Below are positions 56,052 to 64,000 of a stretch of 64,000 bases of DNA, piece after piece (the stretch's first letter is position 1; every line of letters starts with the position of its first letter). A program made the position numbers and the translations under genes. The stretch spans positions 1,914-65,913 of the forward strand of contig SFJE01000003.1 in the NCBI GenBank assembly GCA_004555175.1, read 5' to 3'. The notes below the pieces were generated by a model. The model saw only the letters and a program-made list of their open reading frames with translations, ran no database searches and was not told where the DNA came from. The stretch is from Lentisphaeraceae bacterium (lineage in GTDB: Bacteria; Verrucomicrobiota; Kiritimatiellia; RFP12; DVOR01).

Positions 56052-57761
56052 ATGAACGCATACGTAGTAGCTCCGAGCTGTGATGCGGCAGGAACGCAGG
56101 ATGACTGGCTCCCGAAAATCGAAAAATTTCAGATTGCAATCAACGGGTATTCAGCAGACGAAGAAGATGGGAAGAAGCAGATTGGCCATCGTTTTGCAGC
56201 AATAAAAGATGGTGATCTCGTTATCATTGCCAACGGGAAGAATTCTTCTAAGGCGTGTTACTTTGCTGGTTTTGCTGAGCCCAAGGGTGATGCGGCCCTT
56301 GCTAAGCAGATTGGAGCTACTCAGGTTAGACGATTGCGTTCGTTCACGTCATTGAAGGGTGAGAAAATCCCGTTCTCTCTGGAGTGTAAACATGGTAACA
56401 CCCCCGGCCCGTGGATAGATGCATGTTACATGTTGGACGATAAGAAGCCGGCGGATAGGAACGTTATTGATACGGTGCTTTCGATTATTGCAAAATCCCA
56501 AGGAGGTCGTATGATCGATGAAATGATTAAGCTGCTGGAGAAGGCAAAGCAGGTAGTATTTACTGGTGCGCCTGGAACTGGCAAGACTTATCTTGCACGA
56601 CAGATTGCCCAGAAGATGATCTTAGGGAAGATAGTCGATGACGAGAGTAAATTGACTCTGGAAGAAAAGACGATGCTTGAGGAGCAGATGGGCTTTGTAC
56701 AGTTTCATCCGTCTTACGACTATACCGATTTCGTCGAGGGGTTACGGCCAAACAAATCGCCTAACGGCGATACGCTTGGTTTTGAACGGCGAGATGGTGC
56801 GTTTAAGAAATTCTGTAGCCGTGCAGCACAGAAGGCCGACAGTAATTTTGATAGGGTTTACGAACGGTTCATTTCTGATATTGATGAGCAGTACAGCGAG
56901 GACAACCCGCTGGAACTTAAAACGGACGGTCACAACGTTTCATTTTACGTATACCCTAACTCCAATGAAAGTTTAAATCTTCTAACCGGACCGAGCAAGA
57001 AGAAGCAGGGAAGTCTAACGCCGGACAAGATCAAGACCTTCTTGACAGATACGCCCTATAAGTGGTGGTCAGGTTATTATCGCGGCGTGTTAAATTATCT
57101 CAAGCGTAAATATGGTTTGTCGTCTAGCGCGCGGAAGACTGAGAAGCCGTATGTATTCATAATTGACGAAATCAACCGGGGTGATATTTCCAAGATATTC
57201 GGAGAGCTGTTCTTCGCGATGGATAAAGGCTACCGTGGCAAGGAAGCTTCGCGAGTGAAGACGCAATACGACAACCTGATCGAGAAGGGCGATGTTTTCT
57301 ATGGAGGGTTCTACGTGCCAGATAACGTGTACATCATCGGCACGATGAATGATATCGACCGCAATGTCGAATCGATGGACTTCGCGATTCGCCGTCGTTT
57401 TACCTGGAAGGAGATTGAGCCCTCGGCTCGTTTTGATGCCATGTGGTCTGACCTAGACGAAATTGCCGGAACAGTCAAAGAAGAGGCACGGCGACGGATG
57501 AACACCATGAATACAGTTATTGCGGAGACGAAAAACGGGCTGGGGCCTGCTTATCAGATTGGACCGTCGTATTTCCGAGAGTTGGCGACTTATCATGATG
57601 ACTCCGATGGAGGCTTTGCATCTTTGTGGGAGAATCACCTCAAACCGCTGATCAAGGAGTACCTGCGCGGATTTCCGAATGCCGACGGTATCATCGACAA
57701 GATTCACGGGGCATATAAAAATCCGCTGCAGGCGGAAGGAGATGCCAAAGAGGCGGAATGA
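56052..57761 (+). CDS. mcrB: McrB-like GTP-specific AAA+ restriction subunit with an uncharacterised ~170-aa N-terminal (putative modified-DNA-reading) domain
   Basis: Walker A GAPGTGKTY, motifs FHPSYDYTDFVEG, IIDEINRGDISKIFGELF and IIGTMNDIDR..DFAIRRRF. A ~150-aa insertion lies between the McrB signature and Walker B. Confidence 0.85.
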   Translation: MNAYVVAPSCDAAGTQDDWLPKIEKFQIAINGYSADEEDGKKQIGHRFAAIKDGDLVIIANGKNSSKACYFAGFAEPKGDAALAKQIGATQVRRLRSFTSLKGEKIPFSLECKHGNTPGPWIDACYMLDDKKPADRNVIDTVLSIIAKSQGGRMIDEMIKLLEKAKQVVFTGAPGTGKTYLARQIAQKMILGKIVDDESKLTLEEKTMLEEQMGFVQFHPSYDYTDFVEGLRPNKSPNGDTLGFERRDGAFKKFCSRAAQKADSNFDRVYERFISDIDEQYSEDNPLELKTDGHNVSFYVYPNSNESLNLLTGPSKKKQGSLTPDKIKTFLTDTPYKWWSGYYRGVLNYLKRKYGLSSSARKTEKPYVFIIDEINRGDISKIFGELFFAMDKGYRGKEASRVKTQYDNLIEKGDVFYGGFYVPDNVYIIGTMNDIDRNVESMDFAIRRRFTWKEIEPSARFDAMWSDLDEIAGTVKEEARRRMNTMNTVIAETKNGLGPAYQIGPSYFRELATYHDDSDGGFASLWENHLKPLIKEYLRGFPNADGIIDKIHGAYKNPLQAEGDAKEAE

Positions 57762-59083
57762 AATCGTCGCTGATAAAGCTCAAGGATAACGGAGACGTGA
57801 AAATCTCCGATGACGTCGCGATGAAATTGCGTCGTTATGCTGGGCTTCGTCTTGACGTATTGTGTGGCGAGAATCCTTCGTTGTTGATTTTCCCTAATTG
57901 CCTTGGGGATAATGGAGATAGGATCAATGAAGGACGGTTGTTCTCTTTGAATGGCGACTGTCTGTCGGTTGGCAACATCGTAGGGTTCTGGGGTGTTGAT
58001 GACGTGAATGTTCGCGTCCATTCCCGTTTCGACATGGATGATCGCCAGTATTTCTTCCACTACATGCTTCAGCGCATCTGCAAGGTGAATGTCATCGATA
58101 TGCAGACGCTGCCGGATGAAGAGGATTTGTGGGACTTCCTTATCTATTTGTTCCCGATGGCGCTTAAGGGCGCGATGCGTCAGGGCATCTTCCGGGCTTA
58201 TCGAGTGTTTAGATACGATGATGATCAGGTGAGGGGGGCGATTGACGTTGCCCGGTACATTCGGCATGATATTCCCTTTTCAGGACGTGTTTCGTATTCA
58301 ACGCGTGAGCATACTGCAGACAATCATGTGATTCAGCTTGTTCGTCATGCGGTAGAATTTATCCGTCGCCGCGCACCGGGTATTCTGTCTGTTGACGGAG
58401 AAATGCGTCAGGCTGTGGACACCATTGTGCAGCTGACGCCAGATTATTCGGAAAAGTCGCGGCAAAGGATTATGGCGGCGAATTTGCGGCCTGTGCGCCA
58501 TCCATATTACTCAGCCTATACAGGACTGCAGCGCATTTGCCTTCAGATACTTCGCCATGAAAAGATTGCGTTTGGGGAGAACGACGGACGCATTTGCGGC
58601 ATAGTGTTTGACGCCGCTTGGCTTTGGGAGGAATACCTGAATTCATTATTTGAGGGCGACAAGGGCTTTACTGGTGTGGTGCACCCGATGAATAAGACCT
58701 GCCAGAATCCGGTCTACTTCTTTGAGCCGAAAAGGGGGCCACATTATCCTGATTTCTATGATGAGAAGCGCCGCGTGGTTATGGATGCCAAGTATAAGAG
58801 TCTTGACAACGGCATTCCTCGTGAGGATTTATTTCAGTTGATTTCCTATATTCATGTAATGGCATACCGATCAGGCGTGTTATTATATCCGTCGCACGCT
58901 ACAGGATTTCATGATGAGGGGCGGCTGAAAGGATTAGGAGGTCGCATTGGCTGGGCTTCGCTCATGGTGCCAAAGGCGGCGGATTGCGTGGAGTTCAGGA
59001 ATTTCGAGGCTGCCATCCGCAATAATGAGGGGGAATTTTTAAGATTGCTAGGGGAGCATGATTACGATGACAACCATTCTTGA
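57758..59083 (+). CDS. mcrC: McrC-like PD-(D/E)xK nuclease subunit
   Basis: Overlaps the mcrB stop by 4 nt. C-terminal PD-(D/E)xK core (..D...VMDAKYK). 441 aa. Confidence 0.8.
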   Translation: MKSSLIKLKDNGDVKISDDVAMKLRRYAGLRLDVLCGENPSLLIFPNCLGDNGDRINEGRLFSLNGDCLSVGNIVGFWGVDDVNVRVHSRFDMDDRQYFFHYMLQRICKVNVIDMQTLPDEEDLWDFLIYLFPMALKGAMRQGIFRAYRVFRYDDDQVRGAIDVARYIRHDIPFSGRVSYSTREHTADNHVIQLVRHAVEFIRRRAPGILSVDGEMRQAVDTIVQLTPDYSEKSRQRIMAANLRPVRHPYYSAYTGLQRICLQILRHEKIAFGENDGRICGIVFDAAWLWEEYLNSLFEGDKGFTGVVHPMNKTCQNPVYFFEPKRGPHYPDFYDEKRRVVMDAKYKSLDNGIPREDLFQLISYIHVMAYRSGVLLYPSHATGFHDEGRLKGLGGRIGWASLMVPKAADCVEFRNFEAAIRNNEGEFLRLLGEHDYDDNHS

Positions 59084-59285
59084 GAGACTTATTGCAGCGA
59101 TCCGCAAGGCGGCGGGATACAATTCCGCAGTCGAAGTTGCGCCGTCCTGCATTCTCTGAACAGACAAGGAGAAGCAGTTCGAGGGCGCGGTCTCGGCACT
59201 GCAGAAGAACATGCCGGAACTGCTCGTGTGGGGCAAGTACGACGCCGCACGTCGGCGCGGTCCGACTGTCAAGCCCCCGGCTTAA

Positions 59286-59430
59286 GGCACCCTTATCTCG
59301 GAAATTTCTGGGATAAATTATTCCCGATAGTGAACGAGGCCAATGAGCAGTAGGGGAAAATAAATCTCGGGAAGTGAAAAAAGAATAGGGAGACTTTTCA
59401 GTTTCCGCTACAATAGCGGTTGACCACATA
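59286..59430. repeat. Right terminal inverted repeat of the McrBC cassette, with a palindrome TTATCTCGGAAATTTCTGGGATAA at its inner end
   Basis: Direct reading. Confidence 0.7.
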
Positions 59431-59670
59431 CTCCTTTCACGTTAGACAGTTTCAACCGCTCAAGCGCTGCCATTGTATCACACCTCCGCGCTGGGTTAAC
59501 TCGCTTCCCGGGCGACTTGAATGAATAAGGCCCCGTCTTGTTGCCAATAAGACGGGGTCTTGTTGCGAATAAGACGGGGTCTTGTTGCCAATAAGACGGG
59601 GTCTTATTAGTTGCGCTCCGCCGAGCGGTTAGTTCTCTCCGCGGGGCGTGATAATCCGCGCCGCCCTTTC
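59417..59670. repeat. ~250-bp promoter-proximal element, copy 2, with a 22-mer array at 59523-59619 (AATAAGACGGGGTCTTGTTGCC units)
   Basis: Aligns with 42411-42660. The McrBC cassette abuts its 5' end. Confidence 0.75.
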
Positions 59671-59785
59671 ATGGCCCACAGGCCCCCGGGAAATCTGGAA
59701 ACGCCCCGCGTCATCTGTCACCTCTCATCTCTCATCTGTCATCTGTCATCTTACATTATGATATACTTGCGCGCACAGTTTTTCC

Positions 59786-60586
59786 ATGCAGAAAGGACAA
59801 GCCGTGAGTACAGTAATGGAAGAGACGATTTCCAGCGCGATTGTGCGCTCGTTTTTCAAGAAGTTTGAGAGTCACCTGGCCGTGGATGTGGGCATCGTGG
59901 GGGCGGGTCCCTCGGGGTTGGTGGCGGCGAAGTATCTGGCGGATATGGGGCTGAAGGTGGCGATGTTCGAGAGCAAGCTTGCGCCCGGCGGCGGCACCTG
60001 GGGCGGCGGCATGCTCTTTAATGAGGTGGTGGTGCAGGATGATGCCGCGCCGATCCTCCACGACTTCAATATTACAACCGTGAACCTGGGCAACGGCTAT
60101 CACACCCTCGACTCGGTGGAGATGGCCTCGGGCCTCATCTTCGGCGCGCGCAAGGCCGGCGCCACCATCTTCAACACCATGTGCGTGGAGGACATCTGCG
60201 TGCGCGAAGGGAAGGTCTGCGGCCTGGTGGTGAATTGGAACCCGGTCCGCCGGCTGGAGATGCACGTCGACCCGGTGGTCGTGACGGCGCGCGCGGTGCT
60301 CGATGGCACCGGCCACCCCTCGGAGATTGTCCACAAGGCGGTCGACAAGGCCGGCATCAAGGTCGATTCGCCCACCGGTGGAATTATGGGCGAGAAGCCG
60401 ATGTGGATGGAAGATGGCGAGCGCACCACCGTCATCAACACCAAGCGCCTCTATCCCGGGCTCTACGCCTCGGGCATGGCCGCGAACAATGTCCAGGGCG
60501 GCTTCCGGATGGGGCCCATCTTCGGCGGCATGCTCAAGTCCGGCAAGAAGGTGGCCGAGCTCATCGCTGCCGACCTGCGGGCGTAA
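59786..60586 (+). CDS. thi4: Thiazole synthase Thi4 family (thiamine thiazole synthase / ribose-1,5-bisphosphate isomerase-like)
   Basis: FAD-binding motif [11 protein letters not shown] and the Thi4 family sequence. 266 aa. Confidence 0.85.
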   Translation: MQKGQAVSTVMEETISSAIVRSFFKKFESHLAVDVGIVGAGPSGLVAAKYLADMGLKVAMFESKLAPGGGTWGGGMLFNEVVVQDDAAPILHDFNITTVNLGNGYHTLDSVEMASGLIFGARKAGATIFNTMCVEDICVREGKVCGLVVNWNPVRRLEMHVDPVVVTARAVLDGTGHPSEIVHKAVDKAGIKVDSPTGGIMGEKPMWMEDGERTTVINTKRLYPGLYASGMAANNVQGGFRMGPIFGGMLKSGKKVAELIAADLRA

Positions 60587-60592
60587 GGCGCG

Positions 60593-61216
60593 ATGGACGC
60601 CTTCGGCCTCTACCTGGTCATCACCAACCCGGTCACCTCCTACGAGGCGGTGGCCGAGGCGGCGGTGAAGGCCCGCTTGCGCTACATCCAGTTGCGCATG
60701 AAGCACGCCGCGCGCGAGGTCCTCGTGGACACCGGGCGCAACCTGCGCGCGATTACCGCCGGCACCGAGACGCGCTTTATCGTCAATGACGACCCGGCGC
60801 TCGCCGTTGAGGTCGGGGCCGATGGCGTGCACCTGGGGCAGGGCGATATGCCGCTGCCCGAGGCGCGTGCGCGCTTCCCCGAACTCAACATCTTTGGCCT
60901 CTCCACCCACTCCTATGCGCAGATGGAGGCCGCCAAGGCTGTGAAGCCCGACTACGCCGGCGTGGGGCCGGTCTACGCCACCCCCACCAAGGAGATCCCC
61001 GATCCGACCCTCGGCCCTGCCGAGGCTGGGCGCATCGTCCAGGCCTCCCCGTGGCCGACGGTGGCCATTGGCGGGATCGACGAGGCGCGATTGCCGGAGG
61101 TTCTCCGCGCTGGGGCCATCAACTTCTCGGTGGTGCGCGCGGTCTGCCAAGCGCAGGACCCATACGCCGCCATCTGCCGGCTGCAGGCGATTTGGCGCGC
61201 CGAGCGAGGGTGCTAG
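60593..61216 (+). CDS. thiE: Thiamine-phosphate synthase
   Basis: Motifs LYLVT, a TIM barrel, and GADGVHLGQ.D. Confidence 0.85.
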   Translation: MDAFGLYLVITNPVTSYEAVAEAAVKARLRYIQLRMKHAAREVLVDTGRNLRAITAGTETRFIVNDDPALAVEVGADGVHLGQGDMPLPEARARFPELNIFGLSTHSYAQMEAAKAVKPDYAGVGPVYATPTKEIPDPTLGPAEAGRIVQASPWPTVAIGGIDEARLPEVLRAGAINFSVVRAVCQAQDPYAAICRLQAIWRAERGC

Positions 61217-61219
61217 GCT

Positions 61220-62878
61220 ATGTTGACGCGTCTGGTCGTGCGGAACTTGGCGGTGGTCGAGGCGGCAGAGGTCGCCTTCGGCCCCGGACTGAATGTCATC
61301 AGCGGCGAGACCGGCGCCGGCAAGTCGGTCCTGATGGGGGCGCTGCATCTGCTCTTGGGCTCGCGGGCTGACCGAAGCGTGGTGCGCACGGGGACCGAGG
61401 AGGCGCGGGTGAGTGCCGAATGGTCACTCACGCCAGAGACGCAGCAAGCCATCGACGCGCTTCTCTCCGAGGCGGACATCGACCCGTGCGAGGGCGGGCT
61501 ATTGCTCATTCAGCGCACGCTCTCGGCCGCCGGCACGGGGCGCATCCGCGTGAATAACTGCCCAGCCACCGCGGGACTCCTCCGCCAGCTTGCCCCCCGC
61601 TTGGCCGACATCCACGGCCCCAACGATAACCTCTCCTTGCTCGACGAGGCCTTTCAGCTCCACCTTCTGACCGCCTTCGCCGATGCGCCGGACGAGGTCG
61701 CCGCCTACGCCCTGGCTTGGCAGCGCTTCACCGCCGCCGAGGCTCGCCTGGCCGCGCTTCAGGGCGATCCCGCCGAGCGCGAGGCCGAGGCCGAGCGTCT
61801 AGCCGAAGCCCTCGCCGACTTTCGGGCCATCAACCCCACCGAGGCCGACGGCGAGGAACTCATCGAGCGCCACGCCCAGGCCGCCAATGCCGGCGAAATC
61901 CTCGCCCTGGGCAACGCCCTCACCGATGCCCTCACCGATGGCGAAGCCCCCGCCTCCGAGCAGCTTCAAGCCATTCAGCGCGAACTGCGCAACCTCGCCC
62001 GCCTCCTCCCCGAAGCCGGCGATTGGGCCAATGAACTTGCCGGCATCCAAGCGCAACTTCAGGAGCTCTCGCGCGCGATGGCCGAGCGCCTCTCGCGCGT
62101 CGATGCCGATCCCGATGCCCTTGCGCAGCTGGAAGCGCGCTTGGGGCAAATCCAGCGCCTGCGCCGACGTTATGGGCCCACCCTCGCCGATGTGCTGGCC
62201 TACCGCGTGCAGGCCGAGGCGCGCTTGGCCGAACTCCAGGGCGCCGAGGGGGCCATCGCCCAGGCCCAGGCCGATCGCGATGCCGCGCGCGAAGGGGTCG
62301 ACCGCGCAGGTCAAGCCCTCACCGCCAAGCGCCGTGCCGCAGCCGACCGCCTCTCGCAGGCGATTACCGCCGAACTGCGCGCCCTTGGCTTCGCCCAGAG
62401 CGACTTCCCGATTGCCCTTGAGCGCCTGCCGCAGCCCGGACCTTCCGGTGCAGACCGCGTCTGCTTCTGCTTTGCGCCCAACCCCGGTGAGGCGCCGCGT
62501 CCGCTTGCCGCCATCGCCTCCAGCGGCGAAATCGCCCGCGTGATGCTCGCCGTCAAGCTCCTCCTCGCCCGTCACGACCGCGTGCCGACGCTGGTCTTTG
62601 ACGAGATTGATGCCAATATCGGCGGCGAGACCGCCCGCAAGGTCGGTGAAAAGCTCCACGCGCTCGCCGCCAACGTCCAGGTGCTTTGCATCACCCATCA
62701 GGCGCAGTGCGCCCTCTTTGCCGATGTCCACCACCGGGTGGTCAAGTGCGTTGAGGATGAGCGCACCGTCACGCGCATCCTCCCGCTTGATGAAGCTGGG
62801 CGCCTCGCAGAATTGGCGCGAATGCTCGGTGGTGGCCCCGCCGCCCTAGCGCACGCCCAGGCCATGCTTGCTCGCTAA
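61220..62878 (+). CDS. recN: DNA repair protein RecN
   Basis: N-terminal SMC-like Walker A ISGETGAGKS, a long coiled coil, and a C-terminal signature/Walker B segment. Confidence 0.9.
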   Translation: MLTRLVVRNLAVVEAAEVAFGPGLNVISGETGAGKSVLMGALHLLLGSRADRSVVRTGTEEARVSAEWSLTPETQQAIDALLSEADIDPCEGGLLLIQRTLSAAGTGRIRVNNCPATAGLLRQLAPRLADIHGPNDNLSLLDEAFQLHLLTAFADAPDEVAAYALAWQRFTAAEARLAALQGDPAEREAEAERLAEALADFRAINPTEADGEELIERHAQAANAGEILALGNALTDALTDGEAPASEQLQAIQRELRNLARLLPEAGDWANELAGIQAQLQELSRAMAERLSRVDADPDALAQLEARLGQIQRLRRRYGPTLADVLAYRVQAEARLAELQGAEGAIAQAQADRDAAREGVDRAGQALTAKRRAAADRLSQAITAELRALGFAQSDFPIALERLPQPGPSGADRVCFCFAPNPGEAPRPLAAIASSGEIARVMLAVKLLLARHDRVPTLVFDEIDANIGGETARKVGEKLHALAANVQVLCITHQAQCALFADVHHRVVKCVEDERTVTRILPLDEAGRLAELARMLGGGPAALAHAQAMLAR

Positions 62879-62923
62879 CCGCGCCGCAGAGCCCCGCCCC
62901 AGCACGAAAAAAGTGCTTGCTTT

Positions 62924-62957
62924 GGGGGTAGGAGTGTGCTACACTGTGCGCACTTTA
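62924..62957 (+). promoter_or_regulatory. Sigma70-like promoter of the tRNA cluster: -35 CTTGCT, 18-bp spacer ending TGTGC, -10 TACACT
   Basis: Same motif architecture as the pilB promoter at 2929-2962. Confidence 0.5.
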
Positions 62958-62962
62958 TTTGA

Positions 62963-63039
62963 CGGAGCGTAGCGCAGCCTGGTAGCGCGTTTGGTTCGGG
63001 ACCAAAAGGTCGTGGGTTCAAATCCCACCGCTCCGACCA
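62963..63039 (+). tRNA. tRNA-Pro (anticodon CGG)
   Basis: Manual cloverleaf: acceptor CGGAGCG/CGCTCCG, anticodon loop TTCGGGA, T-loop TTCAAAT, encoded CCA. Confidence 0.9.
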
Positions 63040-63053
63040 TCTAAAGCCCAATG

Positions 63054-63137
63054 CACCCGTGGTGGAATTGGCAGACACGTAAGATTCAGGTTCTTATGCT
63101 GCGAGGCGTGTGGGTTCGAGTCCCACCGGGTGCACCA
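63054..63137 (+). tRNA. tRNA-Leu (anticodon CAG), long variable arm
   Basis: Manual cloverleaf: acceptor GCACCCG/CGGGTGC, anticodon stem TAAGA/TCTTA with loop TTCAGGT, T-loop TTCGAGT, CCA. Confidence 0.9.
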
Positions 63138-63147
63138 TACTTCCTAG

Positions 63148-63222
63148 GCCCCCATCGTCTATCGGCTAGGACACAAGGTTCTCATCCTTGGAAGAGCGGT
63201 CCGACTCCGCTTGGGGGTGCCA
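63148..63222 (+). tRNA. tRNA-Glu (anticodon CTC), copy 1
   Basis: Acceptor GCCCCCA/TGGGGGT, anticodon loop TTCTCAT, encoded CCA. Confidence 0.85.
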
Positions 63223-63238
63223 ACTGGGGAGGTCCTAC

Positions 63239-63313
63239 GCCCCCATCGTCTATCGGCTAGGACACAAGGTTCTCATCCTTGGAAGAGCGGTCCGACTCCG
63301 CTTGGGGGTGCCA
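63239..63313 (+). tRNA. tRNA-Glu (anticodon CTC), copy 2
   Basis: Identical 75-nt sequence to copy 1, after a 16-nt spacer. Confidence 0.85.
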
Positions 63314-63315
63314 TC

Positions 63316-63405
63316 GGAGAGGTGGCAGAGCCTGGTTGAATGCACATGACTCGAAATCATGCGTGCCGCAAGGTACCGGGGGTTCGAATCCCTCCCTCTC
63401 CGCCA
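63316..63405 (+). tRNA. tRNA-Ser (anticodon CGA), long variable arm
   Basis: Acceptor GGAGAGG/CCTCTCC, anticodon stem CATGA/TCATG with loop CTCGAAA, T-loop TTCGAAT, CCA. Confidence 0.85.
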
Positions 63406-63416
63406 CTTTTCAGATC

Positions 63417-63447
63417 GGCCACCTCCATTGAGGCGGCCTTTGTTTTC
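63417..63447 (+). terminator. Rho-independent terminator after the tRNA cluster
   Basis: Hairpin GGCCACCTCCATTGAGGCGGCC followed by TTTGTTTTC. Confidence 0.75.
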
Positions 63448-63457
63448 GGAGAAAGCA

Positions 63458-64000
63458 ATGGCTAGACGCAGCAAGCACGAGGACGACAAAGTTCAGTGTT
63501 CGTTTTGTGGACAAATGGTTGACCCGGCAGGATGCGTCCGTAGCGGGCAGAGCGACGCAGTGATTTGCGAGCAATGCATGCTAAAGATTGCTCAATGGAA
63601 AGCTGGGGAGTTGCCGGAAGTTCAGCAGATGATGGCCATGCTTCAGGAGGCGGGGATGGTGGAGGGCGCGCCTAAGGCCAAGGCCGCCGCAGAGCAGAAA
63701 CTCGCGCCCATCGAGGTGCCCCCACCCCCGCAGATCAAGGCCTTCTTGGATCAGTATATTGTGGGTCATGACCAGGTGAAGAAGTTGCTTGCCGTGGCCG
63801 TCCACAACCACTATCGCCGTCTGAACCAGAAACCGGCGAAGAACGCCAAGCACGATCCCTTTGCCGATGTGGAGATTGAGAAGAGCAATGTGCTCCTCAT
63901 TGGCCCCACCGGTTGCGGCAAGACCCTCTTTGCCAAAACCCTTGCGCGAATGCTCAAGGTCCCCTTCGCGATTGCCGATGCCACCACTGTCACCGAGGCG
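63458..64000 (+). CDS. clpX: ATP-dependent Clp protease ATP-binding subunit ClpX (5' part; continues past the window)
   Basis: N-terminal C4 zinc finger (CSFCG...CEQC) and Walker [12 protein letters not shown]. No stop codon within the window. Confidence 0.85.
   Translation, partial: MARRSKHEDDKVQCSFCGQMVDPAGCVRSGQSDAVICEQCMLKIAQWKAGELPEVQQMMAMLQEAGMVEGAPKAKAAAEQKLAPIEVPPPPQIKAFLDQYIVGHDQVKKLLAVAVHNHYRRLNQKPAKNAKHDPFADVEIEKSNVLLIGPTGCGKTLFAKTLARMLKVPFAIADATTVTEA

Larger units (their letters stand above)
55770..59430. mobile_element. Non-autonomous IR-bounded cassette carrying mcrBC, with ~140-bp imperfect terminal inverted repeats, an 8-bp flanking direct duplication CTCCTTTC (55762-55769 and 59431-59438), and an interior GC content below the host's
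   Basis: Reverse-complement alignment of 55770-55912 with 59286-59430 gives ~90% identity. Identical 8-mers abut both ends. No transposase gene lies inside. Confidence 0.6.

Noticed and set aside
55634-59429. ORFs 55634-55942 (+) and 58995-59429 (-) with similar peptides
   Set aside because: Both are read-throughs of the two inverted-repeat arms, so the same sequence gives similar peptides. There is no SD and no composition signal.
42411-59670. The 17-kb segment between the two ~250-bp direct repeats considered as a single integrated island
   Set aside because: The interior is mostly core metabolism (aroKB, pyrD, nusB, ribH, ribBA) at host GC. The direct repeats are better explained as copies of a promoter-proximal repeat family, of which a third copy lies at 21640.
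59670-59785. Looked for a TPP riboswitch upstream of thi4-thiE
   Set aside because: There is no CTGAGA / ACCTGATCTGGATAATGCCAGCG-like conserved blocks in the leader, so none is called.
3181-62734. Many long ORFs on the strand opposite to confidently assigned genes (e.g. 3181-4746 -, 4506-5945 -, 5773-7533 -, 10059-12341 +, 15886-17871 +, 18282-21557 +, 23108-24241 -, 24841-26199 -, 30186-32117 +, 47092-48306 -, 50384-52030 +, 54131-55471 +, 59756-61348 -, 61799-62734 -)
   Set aside because: Their Gly/Ala/Arg/Pro-rich, low-complexity translations lack third-position GC bias. In each case the opposite strand encodes a well-recognised protein. They are typical antisense artefacts of a 66% GC genome.

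Overview
This is a 64-kb, ~66% GC, gene-dense window. Its content looks like a diderm bacterium of the PVC superphylum (Verrucomicrobia/Planctomycetes-like). That placement is an inference from a Planctomycete-type cytochrome c (PSCyt1-like) CxxCH pattern, a eukaryote-like IleS, Tol-Pal/Tat genes and the GC content.

Most of the window is housekeeping: a malic enzyme (partial), split chrA chromate transporters, comF, a pilB-pilT-pilB ATPase trio, ileS, lysS, tkt, tolB-pal-tatB-tatC, efp, mreBCD-mrdA, mtnN, an aroK/aroB fusion with an overlapping eukaryotic-type hexokinase, a ferredoxin, an Orn/Lys/Arg decarboxylase-membrane protein-methyltransferase operon, pyrD-nusB-ribH-ribBA behind an FMN riboswitch, thi4-thiE, recN, a five-tRNA cluster (Pro, Leu, Glu x2, Ser) and the start of clpX.

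Three things stand out:
- A 3.66-kb low-GC McrBC (type IV restriction) cassette is bounded by ~140-bp imperfect inverted repeats with a directly abutting 8-bp duplication (CTCCTTTC). It carries no transposase and has canonical AT-rich promoter/SD signals.
- A modular intergenic repeat family recurs throughout the window. It is built from a 15-nt core (CCGTCGCGGAACGCG), an AGCGAAGG[A/C]GCTATGCCA module and locus-specific tandem heptamer/nonamer arrays arranged as inverted pairs. At one locus the inverted pair flanks a four-helix-bundle gene, and separate elements of the family bracket a NERD-UvrD helicase gene and cap the decarboxylase operon.
- A lower-GC AAA+ ATPase (DUF4143) cassette is flanked by an 18-bp direct repeat that duplicates the 3' end and stop codon of ileS.

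Less striking observations:
- Three copies of a ~250-bp promoter-proximal element carrying 22-mer hairpin arrays.
- A shared sigma70-like promoter motif upstream of pilB and the tRNA cluster.
- A possibly acquired PF01637-type ATPase gene.
- No CRISPR array was found.
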